This document shows, one piece after another, positions 8,574 to 17,535 of a DNA stretch of 24,000 bases (its first letter is position 1; each line of letters starts with the position of its first letter). The notes below the pieces were generated by a model, which was given only the letters and a program-made list of their open reading frames with translations, made no database searches and was not told the DNA's origin. Source of the DNA: an uncultured archaeon. GTDB taxonomy: Archaea; Asgardarchaeota; Heimdallarchaeia; Heimdallarchaeales; Kariarchaeaceae. The position numbers and the translations under genes were made by a program. Location: NCBI GenBank assembly GCA_964600735.1, contig CAZRLL010000002.1, positions 1 to 24,000 on the forward strand. The letters are read 5' to 3'.

Positions 8574-9242
8574 TTATTTGTCACTACTGCCTAATTCTTC
8601 CTTCAAAGATTTTAATTCATCTTCAAGATCATTTGTTGACTCTTTTTTCTCATTTTCACCTGAAGTAGATGGAGTCGTAAGCATGCCGGCTTCGGGCAAG
8701 TCACCATGAGATTCGGATTGCATTTCCAATTCAAGAGCAGCTAGCTGATCATCGATTGAATCAGCAAATTCACCATCCAGATCCATTTCAAGACTTGAAA
8801 CATCTGATAACGATTCAGTCATCATAGAAATCCTGTCCCGTTGATCATCCATCTCAACTATGGTCCTTTCAACGTCTAATGGAGATATTTGTTCTAATGT
8901 ATCTTCAACAACTTGACTACCTACTTTCAAAGCAGTTACTGTTTCTGCTGTTGATTTTGCAGTTGAGATTGTATCAATTTGAGTTGATAAATTTAAACTC
9001 ATATTTTGACTTTGATTGTATTTTTGCATATACAAGCTGCTTCGCGTTAGAGCTTGTCTGGCACCAACCTTGTTCCCAGATTGAACCATAGATTTGGCAA
9101 CTTGCTTTTGTTCTTCGGATTTTCTAAGAAGATTCCGCCCTTCTACTTCCAAAGAGTTAAGTTGTTTTTTTAACTTCTGGAGCGCTTCAGCCTCCTTATT
9201 ATCACTCTTACCCTTACCAAATAACCATGATTTGATACCCAA
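8574..9242 (-). CDS. ESCRT-III family protein (Vps20/32/60, Snf7-like)
   Basis: Basic N-terminal helix (LQKLKKQLNSLEVEGRNLLRKSEEQKQVAKSMVQSGNKVGARQALTRSSLYMQKYNQSQNMSLNLSTQIDTIST), acidic C-terminus, and adjacency to a second ESCRT-III gene and Vps4. Confidence 0.9.
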   Translation of the reverse strand: MGIKSWLFGKGKSDNKEAEALQKLKKQLNSLEVEGRNLLRKSEEQKQVAKSMVQSGNKVGARQALTRSSLYMQKYNQSQNMSLNLSTQIDTISTAKSTAETVTALKVGSQVVEDTLEQISPLDVERTIVEMDDQRDRISMMTESLSDVSSLEMDLDGEFADSIDDQLAALELEMQSESHGDLPEAGMLTTPSTSGENEKKESTNDLEDELKSLKEELGSSDK

Positions 9243-9245
9243 TTT

Positions 9246-9857
9246 TTATTCCTCCTTTTTCCTTAAAGATTCTATTTCTTTCTCTAATTCTGATGTTTTC
9301 GTTGTAGGCATTGGTAATCCAACAGAAGCAGTTATTCCAACTTCTGCACCATATTCCTGGAGTAGATTGTCAATTTCCCCCTCATCGGTATCAGATTCAA
9401 ATAGTTGATCCATGCTGTCTTCCATAATTTCTGATGTGTCTTCAATGCCTTCAAGAGCTTGATTCATGTCGCCAACCAAATTATCAATCTCAGGTAGGTT
9501 TAAAGCGTTGTTTGCATCAATCAATGATTTTGAAACACCTCTCATTTCCTTTGCGATATCTTGGACAGCATCGGCTCGCTCTAACTTGAAAATAAGTCCA
9601 TCAATCTTGCTAATGAGAGATTGATATCCTCTCCCCCATTTTCTTGAACGCACGGTATCTTGTGCATACATACGTGCAGCCTGCATATCTCCTTTTTGAA
9701 TTGCTGCTCGAATTTTTCGTTCAGTTTTCTTTTCTTGATTTTCAAGCTTACGCTGAGATTTTGTCAATCTTCGATTGACAAGTTTCAAATTTAAAGTGTT
9801 GTCACGACTGGATCTTGTACTTTTACCTCCAACAAGCCATCCTAGTATATCTCTCAA
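9246..9857 (-). CDS. ESCRT-III family protein (Vps2/24/46-like)
   Basis: LVNRRLTKSQRKLENQEKKTERKIRAAIQKGDMQAARMYAQDTVRSRKWGRGYQSLISKIDGLIFKLERADAVQDIAKEMRGVSKSL is a typical Vps2/24 pattern; 3 nt upstream of the paralog. Confidence 0.92.
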   Translation of the reverse strand: MRDILGWLVGGKSTRSSRDNTLNLKLVNRRLTKSQRKLENQEKKTERKIRAAIQKGDMQAARMYAQDTVRSRKWGRGYQSLISKIDGLIFKLERADAVQDIAKEMRGVSKSLIDANNALNLPEIDNLVGDMNQALEGIEDTSEIMEDSMDQLFESDTDEGEIDNLLQEYGAEVGITASVGLPMPTTKTSELEKEIESLRKKEE

Positions 9858-10140
9858 TTTTAATTCACTCGTATTATATTGTGCTTACATTAATTATTAA
9901 TTTTCCCTTTAATAAAAACTTCCTATTGGAATGTCATAATGATCGCGCGAATTTGGCTCGAAAATACTTTAATTCATATCATACAATTATAAATATTGTA
10001 CTTGATTGATTTGTGTCCATTGTAATAATTGCTGTAACTAATATTGGGAATTTTCCATCCAGTCATTATTATCAGACAAAGGTATTTATCAAATGAAAAA
10101 TATTTTTTATTTTGTAGCAGTAACCAGAGTGGGTGATTTA

Positions 10141-11289
10141 ATGAGTCAAAATTTATATGCAAGAGCCAGAGTACTTGCTGAGCAAGCAGTCGAAGCTGAT
10201 AATGCACAGAAATATGGGGATGCACTTAACATGTATCTCCAAGCTGCAGAAATCTTGCTCGAGATGACCAAATTCACATCGAATTCCAGACTCGTTGACA
10301 CCTATGAAAGCAGGGCGAAAGAATATATTGCTCGTGCCAAGGTCCTTAAGCCATTGAGTCTGCAGAAAAAAAGTATAAAATCAGATAGATCAAGTGATTC
10401 ATCAGATGATTCTGAACTTGACAGTTCATTGGAGGATGCAATTGTTTCAGAGATACCTGATGTTACATTAGATGACGTGGCAGGACTTACCGATGCTAAA
10501 ACCGCTTTGCGAGAAGCGATTGTTTTACCATTACTTCGACCTGATTTATTTACAGGATCGAGACAGCCTTGGAGAGGTATATTATTGCATGGACCCCCCG
10601 GTTGTGGAAAAACTATGATTGCTAAAGCTACTGCTGGTGATGTTGAGGCAACATTTTTCAATATTTCTGCAGCTACTTTGGTAAGTAAATGGCTGGGAGA
10701 GAGTGAGAAGTTAGTAAAAAGGTTATATGAAATTGCAAAAGATAAGCAACCCTCAATAATTTTTATTGACGAAGTCGATTCCCTGACCCAAACGAGGGGA
10801 GAGGGAGAAAATGATGCGATGAGGAGAGTTAAGACTCAATTATTAACAAGCATGGAAGGATTGTCATCAAAAAAAGGAGATCGAGTAGTCACAATCGGAG
10901 CAACAAATATTCCATGGGAAATTGATTCTGCTTTTAGGCGAAGATTCCAGAGAAGAATATACGTTTCATTACCCGATATAGAGGCAAGGGAAGTGATCTT
11001 CAAAATTAATTCCAAAGGGATTGAACTTAACCCTGACATCGATTTCAATGAACTTGCGAAAATGACAGAGGAATATTCTGGATCGGATATTGCAAATATT
11101 TGCCGTGAAGCAATAATGAAACCGATACGCGATTTAGATACTAGTGATTTAATTTTGGATTTGGAAACAAAAGCAAGACCTGTTGTCCACAGTGACTATA
11201 TTAGTGCACTTGAAAATGTTCGCAAGTCGGTATCTGCCTCAGAATTGGCAAAATTTGATGAATGGGACAATGAATTTGGAGCAGGCTAG
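10141..11289 (+). CDS. vps4: Vps4-like AAA ATPase with N-terminal MIT domain
   Basis: MIT: NLYARARVLAEQAVEADNAQKYGDALNMYLQAAEILLEM. AAA: GPPGCGKTMIAKATAG, IIFIDEVDSL, TNIPWEIDSAFRRRFQRRIYVSLPD. Track start 10093; ATG 10141 has a GGTGAT motif just upstream. Confidence 0.95.
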   Translation: MSQNLYARARVLAEQAVEADNAQKYGDALNMYLQAAEILLEMTKFTSNSRLVDTYESRAKEYIARAKVLKPLSLQKKSIKSDRSSDSSDDSELDSSLEDAIVSEIPDVTLDDVAGLTDAKTALREAIVLPLLRPDLFTGSRQPWRGILLHGPPGCGKTMIAKATAGDVEATFFNISAATLVSKWLGESEKLVKRLYEIAKDKQPSIIFIDEVDSLTQTRGEGENDAMRRVKTQLLTSMEGLSSKKGDRVVTIGATNIPWEIDSAFRRRFQRRIYVSLPDIEAREVIFKINSKGIELNPDIDFNELAKMTEEYSGSDIANICREAIMKPIRDLDTSDLILDLETKARPVVHSDYISALENVRKSVSASELAKFDEWDNEFGAG

Positions 11290-11293
11290 TTTA

Positions 11294-12016
11294 ATGTCAG
11301 TAAAAGAGCGTCCTGATAAGAAAAAAGAAAAAGAAAAAGTAGATAATTATAGTGCAAAAAATGAGGATAAATCGATAGAAGACTGGTTGGATAACGTTTC
11401 GCTTGATCCTCCCGAACAAACTCCTAAAACGAGCTCTGAAGACCCCCATATCGCACAATCAAAAGAAGAAATTCAGATAGTGTCCCAGGATAAGCACCAT
11501 GAATTCATTGTTTCATTACCATCTTGGATTTCTAAACCCTGGATGTATGTTCAACCAACCCATCAAAATCAGTTGGAATCGTGGTTGGATTCGTGGAAAA
11601 AAGTAATTGTAGATTATTCGCGTATTTTAACTTTACATGTCATTAACATATCGGAGTTGATCAACCAACACCCGTTTAATAATCACGAACTCAATAAAAG
11701 ATTAACAGGAGATATTATTAATAATATCTTTGAACATATGATACAAGATGGGTTAGCGAAATGGCTTGACGAGAATCATATTTTAGTACGAATATATTAT
11801 AAAACTAATGAACAGTGGAGTTCAATTATTATGGAATATTTGATAAATACCGGACTAGCAGCTGAAGTCTTAACACTTTATGAGGTGGAAAAATTAGAAC
11901 AAGAATGGAGTTCAATTCCTCGTAATGAATTGGTGGAAATATTTGACATTCTAGTAACCAAAAAAAGAGCAGGATGGGTGGGAGATACCAAAGACACACT
12001 AACGTTTCATTTATGA
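11294..12016 (+). CDS. vps25: ESCRT-II Vps25-like protein
   Basis: WISKPWMYVQPTHQNQLESWLDSWKKVIVDYSRI...FNNHELNKRLTGDIINNIFEHMIQDGLAKWLDENHILVRIYYKTNEQWSSIIMEYLINTGLAAEVLTLYEVEKL matches Vps25 winged helices. ATG 11294 lies 4 nt after vps4; track start 11183 overlaps vps4. Confidence 0.88.
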   Translation: MSVKERPDKKKEKEKVDNYSAKNEDKSIEDWLDNVSLDPPEQTPKTSSEDPHIAQSKEEIQIVSQDKHHEFIVSLPSWISKPWMYVQPTHQNQLESWLDSWKKVIVDYSRILTLHVINISELINQHPFNNHELNKRLTGDIINNIFEHMIQDGLAKWLDENHILVRIYYKTNEQWSSIIMEYLINTGLAAEVLTLYEVEKLEQEWSSIPRNELVEIFDILVTKKRAGWVGDTKDTLTFHL

Positions 12017-12100
12017 TTGATGATTGAATTTCTTGTTAATAATATTTATTGTTGAATCTAGTGTACTATTGATATTTCACTTTTAATTCGCTTTTTTCGA

Positions 12101-12826
12101 TCATTGTTGTCCAAGACTCGGGAACCAGTATTTTATTCCCTCATGGTATGATTCGTCCTTTAAGGTTATTCCCTCTTTAATTAATTCTTCAATTACTCTT
12201 GTCACCCTTTCAGGAGGCCAACCAGTATACATAATAAGTGATTCTTTTGTTAGGAATCCGTGTCGAGCTGCCAAATCGAATACATTTTGTTGGTCTTTAG
12301 ATAATTCGATTGCAATAAATTCAACAATCAAGACACCAGATGGTAATTTTCTCAAAGGTTGGATTAATTTTGAATCAACTAGAGAGTTTAATGACCGTAT
12401 TGCATCCTTGGGTGGTACCAATTTTCCAGGGCGAGATTTATTAATTTTTATAACTAATTCAGCAACAGATATTAAACCCCCTGTATCTTGCACAAATGAT
12501 TTTCCTAATTCAAGTATTTCATTTGCGAGTTGATCAAAATAACCCTTACCTCTGATTCGATCCATAACTGATGGACTCTCTTTCCAATCATAAATTCCAA
12601 CTTCTTCCGGTAATCCCAATTCTTCACGAATAACCGCGATTTTTTCGTAATAATCCTTATTATTTCGAATTTCTTTTCCATGTTTCTTTTCGAATTTCTT
12701 TAACTGTTCTTTAAGAGTTTCAACATTTTCGATAAGATTATCCAACTCAAGTAGCATCATTTCTGCTTCTTTGCGCTGATATGCGCTTTTGGATTTGATC
12801 TTCCTCTCGATATCTCTTAATCCCAT
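12101..12826 (-). CDS. ESCRT-II Vps22/36-like (EAP30-domain) protein
   Basis: Coiled-coil N-term, then EAP30-like: FDQLANEILELGKSFVQDTGGLISVAELVIKINKSRPGKLVPPKDAIRSLNSLVDSKLIQPLRKLPSGVLIVEFI...LTKESLIMYTGWPPERVTRVIEELIKEGIT...YWFPSL. Confidence 0.88.
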   Translation of the reverse strand: MGLRDIERKIKSKSAYQRKEAEMMLLELDNLIENVETLKEQLKKFEKKHGKEIRNNKDYYEKIAVIREELGLPEEVGIYDWKESPSVMDRIRGKGYFDQLANEILELGKSFVQDTGGLISVAELVIKINKSRPGKLVPPKDAIRSLNSLVDSKLIQPLRKLPSGVLIVEFIAIELSKDQQNVFDLAARHGFLTKESLIMYTGWPPERVTRVIEELIKEGITLKDESYHEGIKYWFPSLGQQ

Positions 12827-13437
12827 TACAATTCCTTCAAATGTCTGCGAAATTCGTTTAACCAGCGTACTGCGTCAAATTCTAACTTCTCACACTGCTC
12901 ATCGGATAGAACCATTGTGGGTTTCTCATCTAGTAGTGTCTTTCGCCAACCGTTTAATTCAATGATGGACCAATGATCTTCACCTAATTTTGGAAAATTT
13001 ATCAAAATATTGTACATGTCATCTAATAAAGGTACGAGATATTCCACTTTAGCTACCGTTCTTAATTTTAATAAATCAATCAACTCAATTGCATTTGCTA
13101 CATAATCAGCAGATTTTACAGGTAATTCCTTTAGTTCTTTATACTCTAGTGATATTGCATCAGAGTCTAATCCTTCAACAAGATCCAATCTTCTCATTCC
13201 TTCAGGGAACTTGTTGGTCAAATCTTCACGTTCAATAAAATCTGTCAGATTGAAACCTTGTCTTTCCAATTGTAATCTGGCTTTGAAAACATCAGAAATG
13301 CATGACTTCAATTGTCTTCGATAAAGCGTCTCTTCAACCAATCCCTTATCAAAATATTTTGATAATTGGTCCATTGTAGCAATGGCAGCATATAGGTCTG
13401 CTTCAACTTGTAATGGGTCTTTTTGTCTTCTCTGCAT
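12826..13437 (-). CDS. vps28: ESCRT-I Vps28-like protein
   Basis: N-term ADLYAAIATMDQLSKYFDKGLVEETLYRRQLKSCISDVFKARLQLE and a C-terminal four-helix region; overlaps downstream vps22/36-like (TAATG) and upstream vps23-like gene. Confidence 0.8.
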   Translation of the reverse strand: MQRRQKDPLQVEADLYAAIATMDQLSKYFDKGLVEETLYRRQLKSCISDVFKARLQLERQGFNLTDFIEREDLTNKFPEGMRRLDLVEGLDSDAISLEYKELKELPVKSADYVANAIELIDLLKLRTVAKVEYLVPLLDDMYNILINFPKLGEDHWSIIELNGWRKTLLDEKPTMVLSDEQCEKLEFDAVRWLNEFRRHLKEL

Positions 13438-14107
13438 AATTAGGTCCCTCTATTTGTAATAATTCTCGGGTCGCAATGTATAGCTCACGGATGTATTTTC
13501 GATATAATCTAAAGAAATCAACTTGGTCAATATCCGCTTCCTCAAACTTAATGGTTATTAATTCCAGCAGATCATTAATGGCAAGTACCTGGCATTCTGC
13601 ATCCATTTGTCTCGATATTTTAAATGACCCACCAACTGCGACATCAACTCCTGCCTTTTGGAGTTGATCAGTTTTTATTTCAGCTATTTTTCGGTTATAT
13701 TCAGCTATTTGTTTCTGAAGAGAAACGATTTCCTGTTCCAGCTTGCCCTCGAGCATCGAAATATCTTTTACACCACGTGTTATGGATGTTCTAGAACGAA
13801 TGAATAACCGACGAGTTGTAGATATCACATCTTTTAATCGATATGTAGGTTCCCACTCGTCCAATAATTGCAGGGCTAGTGTCTTATTTGAATTAATATT
13901 AGGATGACGAATTTCTGTTAATACGTTGACATCAGGCCTGATTACTGGATAAAATTCCGGTAAAGTAATTCGAATTCTGATGTCGTCACCTGATGCCGTT
14001 CTTCCAACCTTTCCGACGAAGGCATTTCCATGTGCTTGAAAGGTTGGTTCATTTCGAAAAATCCAATCAAGCTCTTGAGCAATAATTTTTCCTGTGTCAA
14101 TATCCAT
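13403..14107 (-). CDS. ESCRT-I Vps23/TSG101-like protein: E2/UEV fold + coiled coil + steadiness-box-like C-terminus
   Basis: UBC-fold ITLPEFYPVIRPDVNVLTEIRHPNINSNKTLALQLLDEWEPTYRLKDVI; coiled coil MLEGKLEQEIVSLQKQIAEYNRKIAEI; steadiness-box-like DQVDFFRLYRKYIRELYIATRELLQIEG. Track start 14185; ATG 14107 (MDIDTGKI) more likely. Confidence 0.83.
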   Translation of the reverse strand: MDIDTGKIIAQELDWIFRNEPTFQAHGNAFVGKVGRTASGDDIRIRITLPEFYPVIRPDVNVLTEIRHPNINSNKTLALQLLDEWEPTYRLKDVISTTRRLFIRSRTSITRGVKDISMLEGKLEQEIVSLQKQIAEYNRKIAEIKTDQLQKAGVDVAVGGSFKISRQMDAECQVLAINDLLELITIKFEEADIDQVDFFRLYRKYIRELYIATRELLQIEGPNYAEKTKRPITS

Positions 14108-14334
14108 TTTGCTTACTGACCACCTACTCTCATGTATTTCCCAATGTAAATAATTACGATTGTACAAGATAATAAGGTTAAGCAATTTGATAGTTACTTT
14201 TGTTAGAATTATTTATTATTTTGCTCAAGAATTTTCGATCCACTCTTTATGACAGTCAGATATGATATGATCTTTTTATAATATTTTGAAAATATTACTC
14301 CTAAAACTAATTTTGTATTAAATCAATTAACCCA

Positions 14335-16305
14335 TCATTCGTCAATTATAGGTAGAAAACGAACCTCTGGAAAAGACCAAAACACATTTCCATCCGTTAC
14401 CTGACGAAGAGTATCAGCTAATTTGGAACTATTTTTGACTGGAATGATTGCTTTAATATTACATTCGTCCTCTGTACTTACCTCTTCAATAGATGCTCTA
14501 TATTTCTGTAATTCATGTAAGGTGTTACCTAAGTAGGTATCTCCCACATTAATATCAATTGTATAATATGGTTCATGTTGTGTACTTTTCGTAAAAACCA
14601 ATGCTTCTCGGATCAAAGTTGATGCAGTGATCATTCCACTCTCATAACTGGGAGAAGACTTAGTAATAAGATAGGATTCAACTATTAACGTAAAATTTTT
14701 AATCCTGCCGCCCGAAATAGGGGATATCCTCATGGTCTGCTTGAATACATCAATAAAACCTTCTAATACTTCTTTTTCTATATCACAATGAAGAACAAGT
14801 TGATTCGAATGATTATCTTTGAAAAAAATATTCCTTTCATCAACTTGGGTAAATTTTGACGACCTCCCTGCGTGAATCGAAATTTTAGGATTTTTAGAAA
14901 ATACGAACATGGATTCCATCAAGGGCATCTCAAATTGTAAAATAATTGGATCAGAAACTTCAATTTCAAAATCCATATTTTTCAATTCAGATGCTAGAAC
15001 ATCTAATTGTAACGTGCCTACTCCGAGGAGAAGTAATTCGCCAGTATCTTGATTTGATTCAAATTCTAAACCGGGTGTTGCCTGAACTAATACTTCAATC
15101 ACCTCTTGTAATCGGCTAATGTCATTAATTTTAAGTGGTTCAATACTAATTGCAACAACTGGATCCTGAACATAGGAAATATTTTTTAAAAAAAAGTTCT
15201 TCTCTTTCGGAGGAACAAGTAAATCACCAGGCATTATGGGTTTATTAACAATTAGTCCCCCAATTTGACCAGCTGTTAACAGAGGCACATCTTTACTAGA
15301 TCTACCATGTAACTCGATAATTCGCATAATGCGTAAATTTTCACTATTAAGGGAAGATTGAAGTTTCTGACCTCGTTTCAATGTTCCCGATGCCACTCGT
15401 ACAATGGATGCCCATTGTTTGCCATGATCCAGCCTTACAAACCGTCCAACTATTGTGATCGGAACACCTAATTTACTACATGAATGCAATTCTGCTAGTA
15501 AACCATCTGGAATTTTATTTAATAGCATGTTTGGAAATTTATATTTTTGACCCTCAATTGGGGAAGGAAGATTTTCAACGATACATCGGGTTAAAGTGGC
15601 AGCGAGATTTGTATTATCAGGAAACTTGTTAATTGTATCATTTTGGTAGATTTCAACAACATCACTTAATTTTCCATTCTCCTTCACAAAAAAATTATCC
15701 ATCGCCCAACCATCAGTTGCAGAGCCAATAATAACAGATCCTACTGAAAATTTCGGTAAAAATTGTTTTTCAAAACCGTAATGCTCACAAATTGTGTGAA
15801 TCTCGCTAATTATTCGTTCTAATCGTTGTTGAATTGTTATTATTGGTAACTCTAACTCGTTAATTAAACGATCTACTTTGTTTATGAATAAAACAAGTTT
15901 AAGTTTCTCTCTGATTGCTTGACGTAGTACTGTCCTTGTCTGAGCCATTATACCCTCAACCGCGTCAACAAGAATTAATCCTCCATCAACAAGTCTTAGA
16001 GATTCTGCTACTTTCCCTGAAAAATCAACATGACCTGGAGTATCAATTAAATTGATATGATAGTTTTTATTATTATATTCTAATTGAAAAGTTGCTAGAG
16101 TTGTTTCAATGGTAATACCTCTGCGCTGCTCTTCTGGTAAAAAATCCAAGGCTCGTAATGTACCTGCTAAATGTGAGGGTATCATTCCTCCAGAAGCTAT
16201 TAGATGATCAGAAAGAGTTGTTTTTCCATGATCCACATGAGAAATAATTGATAAATTTCTGATGAGTTGAACGTTATTATTATCAATTGGTTTTTTGTTT
16301 TTCAT
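14335..16305 (-). CDS. divergent elongation factor 2 (EF-2) paralog, translational GTPase
   Basis: SHVDHGKTTLSDHLIASGGMI, EEQRRGITIE, NLIDTPGHVDF, FINKVDR, and EF-2-like C-terminus LADTLRQVTDGNVFWSFPEVRFLP. Shorter and divergent in domains III-IV. Confidence 0.88.
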   Translation of the reverse strand: MKNKKPIDNNNVQLIRNLSIISHVDHGKTTLSDHLIASGGMIPSHLAGTLRALDFLPEEQRRGITIETTLATFQLEYNNKNYHINLIDTPGHVDFSGKVAESLRLVDGGLILVDAVEGIMAQTRTVLRQAIREKLKLVLFINKVDRLINELELPIITIQQRLERIISEIHTICEHYGFEKQFLPKFSVGSVIIGSATDGWAMDNFFVKENGKLSDVVEIYQNDTINKFPDNTNLAATLTRCIVENLPSPIEGQKYKFPNMLLNKIPDGLLAELHSCSKLGVPITIVGRFVRLDHGKQWASIVRVASGTLKRGQKLQSSLNSENLRIMRIIELHGRSSKDVPLLTAGQIGGLIVNKPIMPGDLLVPPKEKNFFLKNISYVQDPVVAISIEPLKINDISRLQEVIEVLVQATPGLEFESNQDTGELLLLGVGTLQLDVLASELKNMDFEIEVSDPIILQFEMPLMESMFVFSKNPKISIHAGRSSKFTQVDERNIFFKDNHSNQLVLHCDIEKEVLEGFIDVFKQTMRISPISGGRIKNFTLIVESYLITKSSPSYESGMITASTLIREALVFTKSTQHEPYYTIDINVGDTYLGNTLHELQKYRASIEEVSTEDECNIKAIIPVKNSSKLADTLRQVTDGNVFWSFPEVRFLPIIDE

Positions 16306-16596
16306 AAATCCTCAACTATTTACTCTTTCAGAAAACGATATAGGTAAAATACCTCTTAATTATATTGATCCTACTAATGAAACATAAAAACATTAGTGGT
16401 TTATTAATTAATTCTTCCTATATTTATATGACTAAATTTTTCTATAATATTCTTCTAAATCCAAATAAGCTCCTTAAAACAAGAGAAATTTTACTTATTT
16501 TCCCCTGTAACTAGAGAGTGTTTCATTTTCTTTTATCTCTTGATATTCCGTAAAGGATTTCTATATGACATAGTATTGCATATTTAGTAGCATTTT

Positions 16597-17535
16597 ATGA
16601 TTACAAATCACCTGTTGATCAATAAATTAGCATTGAAATATGATACAAATCGGGATCTGGTTAAATCACTTAGTACATGGTTTGGAGTAACCGAAACTGA
16701 AAACATGTTGAAAATGAAACCATCAAACCTTCAAAAAACGATCCGTGTAAATATTACTAAAATTTCTCGGACTGAAATGATAGATAAATTGGCAGATGAC
16801 AATATCAAATGTAGTCCGTTAACTGGGGTTCCAGAAGGAATTTTGGTAAAATCGGGCTGGAAAAAAATTGGAAGCCACATTTCTTACTTAAACGGTGAAT
16901 TTATGCCCCAAGGTTATGGATCAATGTTGGCAGTACACGCATTAGATCCATTACCCGGAGAAACAATACTGGAAATGGCAGCTGCACCTGGAGGAAAAAG
17001 CTGTTTTATTGGCGAAAGATTACAAGGGAAAGGTATATTAATTGCTAACGATCGTTCTATAAAAAGAATATCAGCATTAATAGGAAATCTAGCCCGTCAT
17101 GAAATAGAAAATGTAATAGTAACATTACAAGATGGAATGAATTTGGAAATTCAATCAGTTGATCGTATTTTATTGGATGCACCCTGTACAGGTGAGGGAT
17201 TAATTGTATCGAAAATTAATCGAAGAAAATCGAAAATAATTCATGAAAATTACAAAATGCAAAAAGTTCAAATTGGACTATTGAATAAAGCAATAAACCT
17301 TCTAAAACCAGGTGGTACCTGCGTATACTCAACATGTTCATTGACACCTATAGAAAATGAACAAGTTATCGAAAAAGTATTGAATAAAGTTACTATCGAG
17401 AAATTGCAAGTTGAAGGTCAGGAGGGGTTTTCAAGTATTCATCCCGAATTCATAAAAACTAAACGATTATTACCCTCAGTCCATATGTGCGATGGGTTTT
17501 TTATAGCAAAATTAGTAAAGGTTGAACCACAATGA
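16597..17535 (+). CDS. NOL1/NOP2/Sun (NSUN) family RNA m5C methyltransferase
   Basis: ILEMAAAPGGKSCFIGERLQGKG, ILLDAPCTGEG, VYSTCSLTPIENEQVI (both catalytic-region cysteine motifs). Confidence 0.92.
   Translation: MITNHLLINKLALKYDTNRDLVKSLSTWFGVTETENMLKMKPSNLQKTIRVNITKISRTEMIDKLADDNIKCSPLTGVPEGILVKSGWKKIGSHISYLNGEFMPQGYGSMLAVHALDPLPGETILEMAAAPGGKSCFIGERLQGKGILIANDRSIKRISALIGNLARHEIENVIVTLQDGMNLEIQSVDRILLDAPCTGEGLIVSKINRRKSKIIHENYKMQKVQIGLLNKAINLLKPGGTCVYSTCSLTPIENEQVIEKVLNKVTIEKLQVEGQEGFSSIHPEFIKTKRLLPSVHMCDGFFIAKLVKVEPQ

Noticed and set aside
8879-9408. plus-strand ORFs 8879-9091 and 9094-9408
   Set aside because: Antisense to the two ESCRT-III genes; low-complexity Leu/Ser content mirrors the coding strand.
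9815-10225. ORFs 9815-10009 (+) and 9974-10225 (-)
   Set aside because: Occupy the divergent promoter region and vps4 start; no conserved motif, hydrophobic AT-rich translation.
10302-11048. minus-strand ORFs 10302-10661 and 10836-11048
   Set aside because: Antisense to vps4.
11183-11293. N-terminal 37 residues of the listed 277-aa ORF
   Set aside because: Overlap the vps4 coding end in another frame; ATG 11294 just after the vps4 stop is the natural start.
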